A stretch of 64,000 nt of DNA, taken from NCBI GenBank assembly GCA_963710755.1, contig CAVQBK010000013.1, positions 64,001 through 128,000 of the forward strand, read 5' to 3'. The DNA comes from an uncultured bacterium (lineage in GTDB: Bacteria; Oederibacteriota; JAAXVQ01; JAUVAV01). Shown here piece by piece: positions 50,592 to 62,052 of this stretch; the stretch's first letter is position 1, and each line of letters opens with the position of its first letter. Below the pieces are notes generated by a model. That model did not search any database. It was not told where the DNA came from and worked only from the letters and a program-made list of their open reading frames with translations. A program made the translations under genes and the position numbers.

Positions 50592-50715
50592 CTCGCTCAC
50601 CTCTTCACTTAAGAATTTATAGTTCACTTCTTAATTAATCCCGCAACATTCACCTCCTCTACTTTCTTGAGTGAAATTTTGACCCCTTTCGCACTATCTC
50701 CGGAATCAACAATTA

Positions 50716-53220
50716 TTAATCTTCCTTCCCGCTATGGATAGCACCATAGGGATGGGCCGGGGATTTGACTTTCCCCAGGAAAAGGCGATGCAATTTATGT
50801 CCCAGTTCCAAATGACTATAAACACTCTTTTTCGCCCAATCTTCTATGAAGATCCAGACGATACAATAGCCCCAAATCAGACCAATGCTGCGCCAAGAAA
50901 TAGGCGCCATCAGGCCCAGGCCAAAGGCCACCAGCAGTGTGGCTAAAATTTTGGTTATGACGGCCGACCAAAAAAGCACGGCCGAAGGAAAAGGACGGCT
51001 AAAAAATGATTTTTTAGTGCGAGCAACAAAAAGGGTCAAATGCCCGGCTACCGCCAATTTGAGAAAAATAAAACTTTGTATTTGACTGTTATCCAACTTA
51101 AGCAGTTCCTTGGCAATGAGCAACAATCCGAAAGTCTCAACCACCCCGATCAATCCCAATACGGTGGACACGGTCAGCACGCGATCCATTTTCCAGCGTA
51201 CTGGTTTGGGATCAAGCCAGGTGTTGTCATAGGCAATGGACATAATCGGAAGATCATTGAAGAAGGCCAGTAAAATGATCATGACCGCGGTGATGGGATA
51301 AAAGTTAAAAACCAACATGGCCAGGACCACAAAAAACATAATCCGAATGGTCTCCGTAATGCGGTAAATGGCATAACTGTTCATGCGCTCAAAAATCTTA
51401 CGGGCTTCTTCCACAGCTCTAATGATAACCGAAAGTCCGGGGGCGGTCAGCACCAGGTCGGCCGCAGCTCGGGCGGCATCAGTGGCTCCGCTGACAGCGA
51501 CCCCATTTTCAGCCTGCTTAAGGGCCGGCGCGTCATTGACACCGTCACCGGTCATACCCACAATATGGCCGCGGCTTTGCAAGGCTTTCACAATCATATA
51601 CTTGTGTTCCGGGAAAACCTGGGCAAAGCCATCGGCTGCTTCCACGGCCTTGATTTGTTCCGCATCCAGGGTTTCGCCCTTTTTATCGCCAAAAAAATCT
51701 TCGGCGCGGAGAATATTGGTTCCCAATCCGATCTTGCCCGCAATTTCCGCGGCAATGGCCTTGTTATCACCAGTGACCATCTTAACCTTGATGCCGTGTT
51801 CGCCGGCCTTTTTGATGGTTTCTGCAGAATCATCGCGGGGTGGATCAAACAGTGGTATAATGCCCAAAAACTTCCAATGATCATCTTTCTCGCTGCGCGC
51901 CACGCCCAACGTGCGATACCCTTTTGAGGCCATCTCCTCGATAATTTTATCAGCCCGCTGCTGATCATCCTCTTTGAGTCCGCATAGCTTCATAATAACT
52001 TGGGGTGCGCCTTTGGTAACCCGGAATGTGTGCCCTTTTTCGCCCTTAACCGTGGCTTCCGTGCGTTTGTTAACCGGATCAAAGGGCACAAAATTTTGTT
52101 CTTCATAGGCTTTAAGCACCTTCTGGTCCTTGAGCCCGCCCAGCACCGCCAAATCAATGGCATCCTTATTTTCTGCTTTTGAAGCCAGCGCGGCATCCAA
52201 TAATAATTCATCTTCATTTTTGGCGCTGAATAAAACCAAGTCTCCCAAGGTCAATTGATTTTTAGTCAGGGTACCGGTTTTATCGGAGCACAAAATATCC
52301 ATGCCTGCCATTTCTTCAATGGATTCCAAGCGGGTTACAATAGCCTTGAGTTTGGATAGTACCCGGGACCCAATGGCCATGGTCACCGAGAGCACAGCCG
52401 GCATGGCCACGGGAATGGCCGCCACCACTAAAATCAGTACAAATTGCATAAGGGTCAGAAAATGCTCACCCCGGAACATCTGAACTAAAAGCAGAATAAC
52501 CGCCAGACCCAGGCTCAAATAAATCAGGTAATCGCCGATTTGTAACACCGCTTTCTGAAAATGAGAGACGGTCTTGGCTTCCGAAATCATCTCTGCGGTT
52601 TGGCCAAAATAAGTATCTTTGCCGGTGGCGGTGACCACGGCTACCATTTCGCCCTGTTTGACGACAGAACCGCTGTAGGCCATATCTTCCGGTTTTTTTT
52701 CCACCGGCAACGATTCCCCGGTCAAGGCCGACTGATCAATGTTCAAATAATCGCCCTCCGCCAACTTAACATCAGCCGGTACCACATCGCCTAAACGCAA
52801 ACGCACCACATCGCCGGGCACCAGCTCGTCGGCATCGATCTGCGACCATTCTTCATCCCGCTTCACCCTGGCCTTGAGCGCCAATTGCTTCTTCAGGGAA
52901 TCCACGGCATTGGCAGCCTGATGTTCCTGCCAGAACCCTACGACTGCATTAAAAACCAGCAAGACGCCGATGATAATAAAGTCATCCCATTGCCGTACCA
53001 CCGCCGAGAGAATGGCCGCTACTTCAATCATCCAGGGAATGGGTCCCCAAAAATAGCTGAGAAATTCCAAAAGGGTATTCTTTTTTTTCTCAATAATCGA
53101 ATTGGGGCCATAAGTGTCCAACCGCTTGCGTGCATCCTCAGTACTCAACCCCTTTTTGCTGGTCTCTAAAACTTTAAGAACCTCTTCCAGTGATTTGTTT
53201 TTGGCTTCCTTGCTGTCCAT
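50716..53220 (-). CDS. P3A-type plasma-membrane H+-exporting P-type ATPase
   Basis: FWGPIPWMIE, TGES, IPVAMP, CSDKTGTLT, KGAP, TGDGVNDAPAL, FERM..Y..YRI. Confidence 0.92.
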   Translation of the reverse strand: MDSKEAKNKSLEEVLKVLETSKKGLSTEDARKRLDTYGPNSIIEKKKNTLLEFLSYFWGPIPWMIEVAAILSAVVRQWDDFIIIGVLLVFNAVVGFWQEHQAANAVDSLKKQLALKARVKRDEEWSQIDADELVPGDVVRLRLGDVVPADVKLAEGDYLNIDQSALTGESLPVEKKPEDMAYSGSVVKQGEMVAVVTATGKDTYFGQTAEMISEAKTVSHFQKAVLQIGDYLIYLSLGLAVILLLVQMFRGEHFLTLMQFVLILVVAAIPVAMPAVLSVTMAIGSRVLSKLKAIVTRLESIEEMAGMDILCSDKTGTLTKNQLTLGDLVLFSAKNEDELLLDAALASKAENKDAIDLAVLGGLKDQKVLKAYEEQNFVPFDPVNKRTEATVKGEKGHTFRVTKGAPQVIMKLCGLKEDDQQRADKIIEEMASKGYRTLGVARSEKDDHWKFLGIIPLFDPPRDDSAETIKKAGEHGIKVKMVTGDNKAIAAEIAGKIGLGTNILRAEDFFGDKKGETLDAEQIKAVEAADGFAQVFPEHKYMIVKALQSRGHIVGMTGDGVNDAPALKQAENGVAVSGATDAARAAADLVLTAPGLSVIIRAVEEARKIFERMNSYAIYRITETIRIMFFVVLAMLVFNFYPITAVMIILLAFFNDLPIMSIAYDNTWLDPKPVRWKMDRVLTVSTVLGLIGVVETFGLLLIAKELLKLDNSQIQSFIFLKLAVAGHLTLFVARTKKSFFSRPFPSAVLFWSAVITKILATLLVAFGLGLMAPISWRSIGLIWGYCIVWIFIEDWAKKSVYSHLELGHKLHRLFLGKVKSPAHPYGAIHSGKED

Positions 53221-53241
53221 AAGCGCCTCCCCTTTCCCGAC

Positions 53242-54600
53242 TTAAGATACAACGGCCATCCGTTGGTCCATATGCTTGATGGCGTTCAAAATCCCTTTTT
53301 TCATTTCTTCCAATTCGCTGTCCGTGGAAGCTTCCATATTCAGCCGTAGCACTGACTCTGTGTTGGAAGCCCGCAGATTGAACCACCACGAACTAAAGGT
53401 GACCGTTAAGCCGTCAAGCAAGTCTGTTTTTTCCTTTTGATAATGTTCTTCGAACAGTTTAAAGACACGCTGCTTATCGGTAACTTTGATATTGATCTCG
53501 CCGCTCTTAAAATATTTCTGCAACGGTTTGATCAGCTGGGAAACCGGTTGCCTTTTCAAAGCCAACAAGTTGAGCATTTGGATCATGGCAAAAACCGCAT
53601 TGTCCGTAAATCCAGTGGTTCTGAAATAATAATGACCTGACAATTCTCCTGCGAAAAGAGCGTTGGTCTCCCGCATGCGTGCTTTGATAAAAGAATGCCC
53701 CACCCTACACCGTTCCGCATGTCCGCCGGCTTGGCTAATGGTTTCCGGTACCGTATGGGAAGAACGCAAATCATAGAGAATAGTGGCGCCCGGTTCCTGG
53801 GGAAGCAGGGATTGGGCAATCAAAGCCGTGACCAAGTCCTCCGGTATACGCCGGCCTTGTTCGTCCACAAATCCGCAGCGGTCCGCATCTCCGTCAAAAG
53901 CCACCCCCAGATCAGCTTTTTCTTTAACCACTCTGGCCTGCAAATCTTCGGTGTTGGCTTCAATAAGGGGATTGGCCACATGATGGGGGAAATGGCCATC
54001 GGGATGCATATACATAGCGGTTAAACGCCAGGCCGGCACCTTTTTAAAGAGCGCTGCAATTTCATCGCCCGCCATGCCATTGCCCGCATCCACCACAATA
54101 TGCAGTGGTACAGGCTGATGGACAAAAGTGGCCAGGTCCTCAACATAACGGTTCGAAGGTTTTTCTTTGACCAAGTTGCCCATCTTGGCAGGTTCAGCTG
54201 CAGGCGTATCGGCTTGCACCAGGCGTTCAATCTCCGGCAGGCCATGATCTCCGCTCAACGGAATGGCATTCTCCCGGCATAATTTAAAGCCATTGATGGC
54301 AGCCGGCAGATGGGAAGCCGTGACCATGGCCCCGCCGTCAAAATGGCCTTCACCAATGGCATGATAAAGCCGGGGCGTCGTGACCATGCCGATATCCGTC
54401 ACCTCTGCCCCGGCCTGGAGCGCCCCTTCGATAAAGGCACGAGCCAACCCCGGCGACGACAGCCGCATGTCCCGGCCCACCACGATGGTTCTGGCCTTCA
54501 AATATCGTACATAAGCGCCGCCGATTTTTCGGGCCAGACCCTCATTGAGTTCTTCGGGATAAGCACCCCTGATATCATAAGCTCTGAAAATGTTGCTCAT
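53242..54600 (-). CDS. Phosphomannomutase/phosphoglucomutase
   Basis: IFRAYDIRG, VTASH, FDGDADR, GELSGH, RASNTE. Confidence 0.93.
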   Translation of the reverse strand: MSNIFRAYDIRGAYPEELNEGLARKIGGAYVRYLKARTIVVGRDMRLSSPGLARAFIEGALQAGAEVTDIGMVTTPRLYHAIGEGHFDGGAMVTASHLPAAINGFKLCRENAIPLSGDHGLPEIERLVQADTPAAEPAKMGNLVKEKPSNRYVEDLATFVHQPVPLHIVVDAGNGMAGDEIAALFKKVPAWRLTAMYMHPDGHFPHHVANPLIEANTEDLQARVVKEKADLGVAFDGDADRCGFVDEQGRRIPEDLVTALIAQSLLPQEPGATILYDLRSSHTVPETISQAGGHAERCRVGHSFIKARMRETNALFAGELSGHYYFRTTGFTDNAVFAMIQMLNLLALKRQPVSQLIKPLQKYFKSGEINIKVTDKQRVFKLFEEHYQKEKTDLLDGLTVTFSSWWFNLRASNTESVLRLNMEASTDSELEEMKKGILNAIKHMDQRMAVVS

Positions 54601-54614
54601 ACCGATTACCTCCC

Positions 54615-55667
54615 TTACGCCACGGTAACTTCTTTTTCCAAAAAAACATCCTGAATGGTGTGGAGCAATTCCACCCCGTCATCCATGGGACGCTGAAAAG
54701 CTTTCCTTCCCGAAATCAGACCCATGCCCCCGGCACGTTTGTTAATCACCGCGGTTTTCACTGCTTGTTGCAGATCATTGGACCCGGAAGCGCCGCCTGA
54801 ATTAATTAAGCCGGCCCGGCCCATGTAACAATTGGCCACTTGGTAACGGGTAAGGTCAATGGGATGATCAGAGGTTAAATGATCATAAACGAGCGGACTG
54901 GTTTTGCCAAACCCGATGGCTGTAAAGCCGCCATTGGTGGTAGGCTGTTTTTGTTTGATAATATCGGCTTCAATGGTTACGCCCAAATGGTTGGCCTGGC
55001 CCGTCAAATCAGCGGCTGTACTGTAGTCCACTTTGTTTTTAGTGAAACTTTCATTGCGCAGATAACACCACAACACGGTGAACATCCCCAATTGATGGGC
55101 TGCTTCAAAGGCCTGGCTTATTTCTTCCAGCTGACGCCGCGACTCGGTGGAGCCAAAGTAGATGGTGGCCCCTATGCCCACAGCGCCCATGTCGAAGCCC
55201 TGATCCACTGAGGCAAAAAGCCGCTGATCATAGGAATTGGGATAGCTGAGCAGTTCGTTGTGATTGATTTTTAATATAAAAGGGATTTTGTGAGCATAAC
55301 GGCGGGAAAGGGATCCCAGGACCCCCAAGGTGGATGCCACCGCATTGCAGCCGCCTTCGACGGCCAGTTTAACTATATTTTCAGGATCAAAATAAATGGG
55401 GTTGGGTGCAAACGCCGAGCCCGCCGAATGCTCAATACCTTGGTCTACCGGTAGAATGGAAAGATAACCTGTACCTGCGAGCCGGCCATGGTTGAACATC
55501 GCATTCAGGTTGCGCAATACAGCTGGCGGCCGGTCGGAGCCGATCCAGACTTTATCCACAAAATCCGGGCCCGGTAAATGAAGATGATTTTTGGTAATGT
55601 GAGTACACTCATGTTCCAGCAAATCATTGGCATCCTTTCCCAAAATAGAAGCAATTTTATCAATCAT
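54615..55667 (-). CDS. fbaB: Class I fructose-bisphosphate aldolase
   Basis: [39 protein letters not shown]. Confidence 0.95.
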   Translation of the reverse strand: MIDKIASILGKDANDLLEHECTHITKNHLHLPGPDFVDKVWIGSDRPPAVLRNLNAMFNHGRLAGTGYLSILPVDQGIEHSAGSAFAPNPIYFDPENIVKLAVEGGCNAVASTLGVLGSLSRRYAHKIPFILKINHNELLSYPNSYDQRLFASVDQGFDMGAVGIGATIYFGSTESRRQLEEISQAFEAAHQLGMFTVLWCYLRNESFTKNKVDYSTAADLTGQANHLGVTIEADIIKQKQPTTNGGFTAIGFGKTSPLVYDHLTSDHPIDLTRYQVANCYMGRAGLINSGGASGSNDLQQAVKTAVINKRAGGMGLISGRKAFQRPMDDGVELLHTIQDVFLEKEVTVA

Positions 55668-56318
55668 AATAGGCCTCCCTTTCTATACCTGTAATTAATT
55701 ACGACTATTCTTTATTACGAACCGGTCTTGCCACTTGATCAGCCTTGTTCTTTATAGCTTTACTGCCTGGGGCTTTAAAACGCTTACCATTTAATTCATA
55801 ATTGATGGACACCGTTTTTTATGATACCAGTTGAATTCATCGCCAAACAACATTTGCCGGCACAACGCGCCAGGACAATGAGCCCAAAAAAGCAGATCCA
55901 ATCAGAAAGTAAAGAGGCGAAGGCAACTACAATCAGGAACTACAGGGAAGGAATGGATGAAATTTTGTAATAAAAGATCCGTAAGATCGGAAATCTATTG
56001 GCGTGGAAAAAGCAGGTTGTCTGCACCGGCTTGCAATATCTGGAGGTTCGATTTGGCGAAACACGTTAGTTGCCCCCTTTACACTTTGATTGGAACAACC
56101 TGTTATGCTACCAACAACTTCATCCCGTCGGTTTGACGTGAACCATTACCACCATGTCACTTCCGGAAATTGCTGTCAAGATAAAATAATAATGGGCTTT
56201 GTCTTAAAAGCCGAATTTACTCGCAACCAGCAAGCTGGATGGTGATCTCAACGCCGGATAGTTTATGTTGCGGAATTTAAAAGCTTCGATTTTTAAAGAT
56301 ACGAAGCTCTTTTCATTA

Positions 56319-56413
56319 TGGTCATTCCGGCAAGTTCTTAGTCGAAAACCAGGGATTTTATAAGCTGTAAATCAAACCATTCGGCCCCCGCCTAAACGAT
56401 ACCGGGGTGATGA
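56319..56413 (-). repeat. Palindromic intergenic element, copy D (diverged)
   Basis: Reverse complement ends CTGGTTTTCGACTAAGAACTTGCCGGAATGAC, matching the right arm of copy C. Confidence 0.5.
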
Positions 56414-56467
56414 TCAAAACGTCTTTTCACTACCAGAATTAGACTAGCGGCATCTGGAATACTGCTT

Positions 56468-58447
56468 TTACTCATACCGCAAGGCTTCAATGGGATTAAG
56501 ATTGGCGGCTTTGCGTGCCGGCCATAGACCGAAAACCAGACCCACCAGAATGGAAAACAGAGTTACCATTAACACCGCCGGTGCGGAGACGCTGACTACC
56601 CATCCGGTAAAAAGTGTCAGCAACAGCGCCAGGGACACGCCAATGACGATTCCCATCAGCCCGCCAAACACGGTCATGACCATGGCCTCAATCAAAAACT
56701 GCAGCATAATGTCTTTTTGCCGGGCACCTATGGCCTTGCGCAAGCCGATCTCCCTGGTTCTTTCCGTGACCGACACGAGCATGATGTTCATAATACCAAT
56801 GCCTCCTACCAGCAGCGAGATGGCGGCAATACAGCCCAGCAGCAAGGTCATGGTTTTGGTAACCCCTTCCAGCGCCTGCTGAATCTCAGCCATGTTGCGG
56901 ATGGAGAAGGCGTCTTCCTCATCTTCTTCCCGTACCTTGTGTCGTTTCACCAGTAAACTTTGTATATTATCTTCAGCCTGGTCCATATAATGCAGATCGT
57001 CGATCTCCACATCAAAGGAATCCACATACTGCTTACCCAGCAAGCGGTACATGGCTGTGGTCACCGGCATCACAATAGTGTCATCCTGATCACCGCCAAA
57101 GCCGCTCCCTTTTTCAGGAAGGATACCGATAACCAAAAATTGAATGCGGTTGATTTTAATAATTTTTCCCACTGGGTCCTGGTCGCCGAATAATTCGTTA
57201 ACCACGGTTTTGCCTAACACCGCCACCCGCGATCGGTCCTTTATTTCCTTGGCCGAAAAATACCGGCCTACCGTAGGCTGGGCGGAACGCATTTCAGCAT
57301 AATCCAGCCCCTGTCCCCGAACCGTGGTGTTCCAGTTTTTATTGCGATACACCACCTGGGCCCGTCCGGCGACGCTGGGCGAAATCCTCTTGATATGAGG
57401 CAATTTGGCCATGGCTTCACCATCAAGCAGGGTAAAACGGGTCACGGCCCCGGCCTGCTGGGCCACGCCGCCGCGGTGAAACCCACCGGAGCGCACACTA
57501 AGCAAATTGGTCCCCAGCGAAGCCATGCGCTCGCGCATGGATACTTCCGCGCCTTTGCCCAAGGCCAGCATGGCAATCACCGAGGCCACACCGATAAGGA
57601 TGCCAAGTATAGAAAGGAAAGAACGCATTTTGTTGCTGATCAGGGACTGAAATCCCTGGCGCAAATTCTCACCGATTTCAGCCAAAAAGAGCTTACTTTT
57701 TTCCGAACCAGCGGAATCAACGTCCGCGGCCGGTTTTTGTGTGCCAGCTGTCGGAGCCTTTTTCTTCACCTGCTCGTCGGAAAGGATATAGCCATCACGC
57801 ATAACGATAATCCGGCTGGCCCGTTCCGCCAGTTCCCGCTCATGAGTGACCATCACAATGGTCTTGCCCTGAGCATGGAGCTGATGCAGAATGTCCATAA
57901 TTTCTGTTTCACTTTTAGAATCCAGATTGCCTGTAGGCTCATCGGCAAAAATAATGGGCGGGTCATTAACCAAGGAGCGCGCAATGGCCACCCGTTGTTG
58001 TTGTCCTCCCGAGAGTTCATTGGGACGGTGATACTTTCTTTCCCCCAGTCCCACTTGCTCCAACCGCTGCGCCGCTTTTTCCATTAGATGATCGTTCTGT
58101 CCATAAATCAGCGGCAGGGCCACATTTTGCAAGGCCGACATGCGTGGCAGCAAATGAAACTGCTGAAACACAAAACCCGCATGCTGGTTGCGCAAAGCGG
58201 CCAAGCGGTCCGTACTTAATTGGGAGACGTCATTACCCAATAAAAAATACTGCCCTTCATCGGGACGGTCCAACAGGCCTAAAATATGCAGCATGGTGGA
58301 TTTGCCCGACCCTGACGGTCCCATAATGGCCACGAATTCATTGGCTCTAATCTGCAGGGAAACCTGTTGCATGGCGCGCACTTCACTCCCGCCAATGCGG
58401 TAGGTTTTGGAAACGTTTTTTAATTCAACAATGATATTGTTTTTCAT
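56468..58447 (-). CDS. macB: MacB-family ABC transporter (ATPase-permease fusion)
   Basis: [38 protein letters not shown]. Confidence 0.93.
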   Translation of the reverse strand: MKNNIIVELKNVSKTYRIGGSEVRAMQQVSLQIRANEFVAIMGPSGSGKSTMLHILGLLDRPDEGQYFLLGNDVSQLSTDRLAALRNQHAGFVFQQFHLLPRMSALQNVALPLIYGQNDHLMEKAAQRLEQVGLGERKYHRPNELSGGQQQRVAIARSLVNDPPIIFADEPTGNLDSKSETEIMDILHQLHAQGKTIVMVTHERELAERASRIIVMRDGYILSDEQVKKKAPTAGTQKPAADVDSAGSEKSKLFLAEIGENLRQGFQSLISNKMRSFLSILGILIGVASVIAMLALGKGAEVSMRERMASLGTNLLSVRSGGFHRGGVAQQAGAVTRFTLLDGEAMAKLPHIKRISPSVAGRAQVVYRNKNWNTTVRGQGLDYAEMRSAQPTVGRYFSAKEIKDRSRVAVLGKTVVNELFGDQDPVGKIIKINRIQFLVIGILPEKGSGFGGDQDDTIVMPVTTAMYRLLGKQYVDSFDVEIDDLHYMDQAEDNIQSLLVKRHKVREEDEEDAFSIRNMAEIQQALEGVTKTMTLLLGCIAAISLLVGGIGIMNIMLVSVTERTREIGLRKAIGARQKDIMLQFLIEAMVMTVFGGLMGIVIGVSLALLLTLFTGWVVSVSAPAVLMVTLFSILVGLVFGLWPARKAANLNPIEALRYE

Positions 58448-58454
58448 TTTAACC

Positions 58455-59441
58455 TTAATGCCGGTTTCCCCGGCCTCGCCTCATGTTGGGCATAAAGGGA
58501 TTCTGACCTTGCCGGCCATTGGAGGACCCACTCTTGGTTTGCACAAAATTATCACCGGGGATCACCACCACATCATCGGGTGATAAGCCTTGAGTAATTT
58601 CCACATCCGTTAAATTGGTGATGCCTGTTTGCACCCAGCGCCGTTCAAAGGGTCTGTCGCCATTGGTCTTGACCAGGACAAAACTGCGGTCATTTTTCTG
58701 TTTTAACGCCCGCACCGGAATAATCACAGCCTGCTCCTTGCGCGCCTTGATAATCTCAATGTTGGCACTCATACCCGAACGAAAGACCGCCGGCACTTGG
58801 TCAGGTATAATTTCCACCTGATAAGTGGTCACATTATTGACCACCGTGGATTCATAGGAAATATGGTCCACCACGCCTTCGGCACGCACATCCGGATAGG
58901 CATCAAGCTCAATCGTGGCTTGTTGCCCCACCTTGACGCTACCAATATCAGTTTCATCCACATCCGCTTTTACCATCAAGCGGTCGGAGAGCACGAACAG
59001 CACATCATTGCTGGTGACGGTTTGACCCGGTTCTATGTTACGCACGATCACATTGCCTGTAATAGGGGCAATGATGGGTGTGGCCTTATAGGCTTCTTCC
59101 CAGTAGGATAATTCCTTGGGCGCCTGCAGACGGGCTGCGTCCAAAAGCGCGGCTCTTTCCGTGGAACTCATGAGCGCCAAAATTTGGCCCTTGTTCACGC
59201 GATCCCCTTCCTTGACCAGAATCTTTTCCATCCGCCCGCCGATGGGTGGTTTGATTTCCAAACGGTTTTGCGGCGCCACGGTGCCGGTGGTGGAAACCGT
59301 GGACATGATGGTGCCCACTTCCGGTTTGATTTCCTCCAATTGTACCTTGGTTTGGCTGGGGGTAAGTTTTTTCCATAAGCCCAGCCCCAGCAAAGCCAGG
59401 ACCACCAAACTTATGGTGATGATTACGTTACGTTTATTCAT
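58455..59441 (-). CDS. MacA-like periplasmic adaptor
   Basis: N-terminal TM, lipoyl-like halves, VDETDI..VK.GQ, GMSA. Confidence 0.9.
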   Translation of the reverse strand: MNKRNVIITISLVVLALLGLGLWKKLTPSQTKVQLEEIKPEVGTIMSTVSTTGTVAPQNRLEIKPPIGGRMEKILVKEGDRVNKGQILALMSSTERAALLDAARLQAPKELSYWEEAYKATPIIAPITGNVIVRNIEPGQTVTSNDVLFVLSDRLMVKADVDETDIGSVKVGQQATIELDAYPDVRAEGVVDHISYESTVVNNVTTYQVEIIPDQVPAVFRSGMSANIEIIKARKEQAVIIPVRALKQKNDRSFVLVKTNGDRPFERRWVQTGITNLTDVEITQGLSPDDVVVIPGDNFVQTKSGSSNGRQGQNPFMPNMRRGRGNRH

Positions 59442-60708
59442 ATGGCAAACCCTCTCCCTTGGTTTGAAGCCAAGCGGCTTCGGCCGACCACATGGCGGCC
59501 TTTGAATTTAAATATGATTTTTGCGTGCTTACCAAACGGTCTTCGATAATGGACCAGTCATCAAAAGAAATCAAGCCGCTCGAATATTGGGCATTGGCAA
59601 TTTTTCCCCGTGCCAGTGCTGCTTGTAAATATTTATCCTGCACTTCATAAATACCCAGGGCGTCCTGAAGAGCGTTCCAATCCTGTTGCAGGGCTACCTG
59701 CACTGAAGTGCTGATATTTTGTAGGTCATTTTCCGCCTGACTCAGGCCTGCTTGAGCTCGGGCAATGGCCCCCATGCGGCTGCCGCCGCTAAAAAGCGGC
59801 AAAGAAAGGCTCAGCCCGGCGCTGGCATGTTTTTCCTCAGGAAACCAGTGATCATCGGAAAGCCCGGCGGAAAGACTGAGCGCCAGACTGGGATAAAGGG
59901 AGCCATACACAGACTTAAGCTGCCAGCGGGTGCCGGTCAGATCAGCCCCGGCGCCTTTCACCAAGGGGGTAAGGCTAGCCATGGCCTGAAAATCTGGTAT
60001 GGCTTCCGTTTTTTCCGGTTTCGTAAACTCCCCTTGGATTTGAAATTCTGTGGACGTCAGTCCCAATTGCCTGGCCAACGCCCGCTTGGCCAGCTCATTG
60101 GCCCGGTGCGCTTGTCGAACTTCAAACTGGGCCTGGGCCAAATCGGCTTGCGCCGTTAACAATGCCCCAATATGTTCGCGACCGGCGTCATAACGCAATT
60201 TCACCATACCCAGATTCTGTTCCCGCCGGCTGGCAATGTTTTCAGTGATGGTAATCAGCTCCATGCTCTTCAGCAACCCGATATAGGCCTGTCTTAAGTC
60301 GTAACGTACCTGGGCTGAAGTCTGGTTAAATTGACTGGTGGCTTTGGTCAACTGGGCCTGGGCCTGACCTACCGCGGCCGGGGTCTGCAGTCCGTCAAAG
60401 ATCGTCTGTCGGGCGGAAACAGAGGCGGAAAAATTGTTGGACTCCACGTTTTCCAAATCACCGCTTTTCTGTACAGAGGCATTTAAATCCAATTGTGGAT
60501 ACCAGTTGCTGTAGGCAATGGTTAAATTGGCCTTGGCTTGTTGCAGCCGGTTGTAGGCGGATTTCATGTCCCAATTGGTTTTCATGGCCTGTTGCACACA
60601 ATCGTCCCAGGATAAAATTTGCTGGCCATAAACTGGCAGGCTTAGAAGGGGGCCTGCCAGTAGGGTTGCGGCCAACAACAAAAAGGCGTGCTTTGCTTTC
60701 ATGGTCAA
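59434..60708 (-). CDS. TolC-family outer-membrane protein
   Basis: Signal peptide, OEP repeats, first gene of tolC-macA-macB. Confidence 0.88.
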   Translation of the reverse strand: MTMKAKHAFLLLAATLLAGPLLSLPVYGQQILSWDDCVQQAMKTNWDMKSAYNRLQQAKANLTIAYSNWYPQLDLNASVQKSGDLENVESNNFSASVSARQTIFDGLQTPAAVGQAQAQLTKATSQFNQTSAQVRYDLRQAYIGLLKSMELITITENIASRREQNLGMVKLRYDAGREHIGALLTAQADLAQAQFEVRQAHRANELAKRALARQLGLTSTEFQIQGEFTKPEKTEAIPDFQAMASLTPLVKGAGADLTGTRWQLKSVYGSLYPSLALSLSAGLSDDHWFPEEKHASAGLSLSLPLFSGGSRMGAIARAQAGLSQAENDLQNISTSVQVALQQDWNALQDALGIYEVQDKYLQAALARGKIANAQYSSGLISFDDWSIIEDRLVSTQKSYLNSKAAMWSAEAAWLQTKGEGLPYE

Positions 60709-60885
60709 TAATCCTTTATGGAGGTTGATGCCCGGTCGGTTTAACGGCCCGGATGTGCTTTAATCGACATCTCTAACATTTATTGAGATATGCCGGTTCT
60801 AGTAAAAAAGTTGCATTTTATTTTCTATAAAATTCCGCACCTGCCAGGATTTGGATCGATCGTCCTGTTAGTTTGCTATGGTCTT

Positions 60886-61110
60886 CTATTTGAAACGGTT
60901 GATGAGATATAAAACAAGACTGATCAACAGGCTCAGCAGCAGGCTGGTACCCAAAGGGATATACAGTTTAACATGTTCATTTTCAATAAAAACATCACCA
61001 GGCAAGTGCCCTAGGAAGGGGATTTTAAAACCCGATTTTAAAATTAAGCCAATGACCACAAGGAACAGGCCTAATATAATTAGCATTTTCCCCCAAGATG
61101 AAAATGGCAT
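60886..61110 (-). CDS. DUF2905 small membrane protein
   Basis: GK.LI..G, LG.LPGD..I, Y.P..T..L.S; GAGGAG RBS. Confidence 0.85.
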   Translation of the reverse strand: MPFSSWGKMLIILGLFLVVIGLILKSGFKIPFLGHLPGDVFIENEHVKLYIPLGTSLLLSLLISLVLYLINRFK

Positions 61111-61287
61111 TGATGCTCCTCCTCATATGCTGTGCCAACCGGCGTATTATCTCAAATTGTATTGGCCATCTCAAGCACCATCCCAATCCGAGCCCATGTT
61201 GTCCAACGTTTGTTACCGTCTGAGTTAAATCTTGCCATTCTGCTGATCATGTTTCATAATCACCTATTCTTTTAACCAGGGGATAAC

Positions 61288-61854
61288 ATGTTAGCGACCT
61301 TAATTGCCAATTATGGCTATTTGGCGATCTTTGTGGGCACCTTTTTTGAAGGGGAAACCATTTTGATTTTGGGTGGCTTTGCAGCTCATCGCGGGTACCT
61401 CTATTTGCCCTTTGTCATTTTGCTTTCTTTCTTGGGGGCCACGGCAGGTGATCAATTTTACTATTTTTTAGGACGCCACCATAAGTTACCTTGGTTTTTA
61501 AAGAAACCGTCCTGGCAACCGCAAATCGATAAAATCCAACAGTGGCTGCATAAAATCAAAATCCCTCTGATCATTGGATTTCGATTCTTTTATGGCTTTC
61601 GTACCCTCACCCCTTTTGTTATAGGCATGAGCGGTATTCGTCCCCGTATTTTCATTCCGCTGAATATACTTGGTGCCTTGCTCTGGTCTACCACTTTTGG
61701 AGTACTCGGCTATCTCTTCGGTACGGTTTTGGAAAAGTTGTTTAAAAACATAAGACATTATGAACGTGAAGTTTTTTTCGGCATTCTCATACTCAGCTTG
61801 GCAGTCGGGGTTACCTTTTCCTTGGTAAAACGTTGGCGTGCTCACCATCATTAA
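61288..61854 (+). CDS. DedA-family membrane protein
   Basis: YGY..IF...F.EGE, GD...Y..GR, RF..G.R. Confidence 0.92.
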   Translation: MLATLIANYGYLAIFVGTFFEGETILILGGFAAHRGYLYLPFVILLSFLGATAGDQFYYFLGRHHKLPWFLKKPSWQPQIDKIQQWLHKIKIPLIIGFRFFYGFRTLTPFVIGMSGIRPRIFIPLNILGALLWSTTFGVLGYLFGTVLEKLFKNIRHYEREVFFGILILSLAVGVTFSLVKRWRAHHH

Positions 61855-62052
61855 TTCTATTTCTCCACATAACTCACTTAGCCGCTCCTTCCCTGTTCGG
61901 GGTAAAAGATCAGCAAAAAGCGGCAAGGGCTGGTTTCTTATACGGCCCATGATCTTTAAAGTTAAATTATCCTATTGATCCAAAAGCTGAGGACACTCTT
62001 ACCCTCATTTACCTCGCCGTACCTTGGCTCTAATATCCAAGGAGGCCCTATC

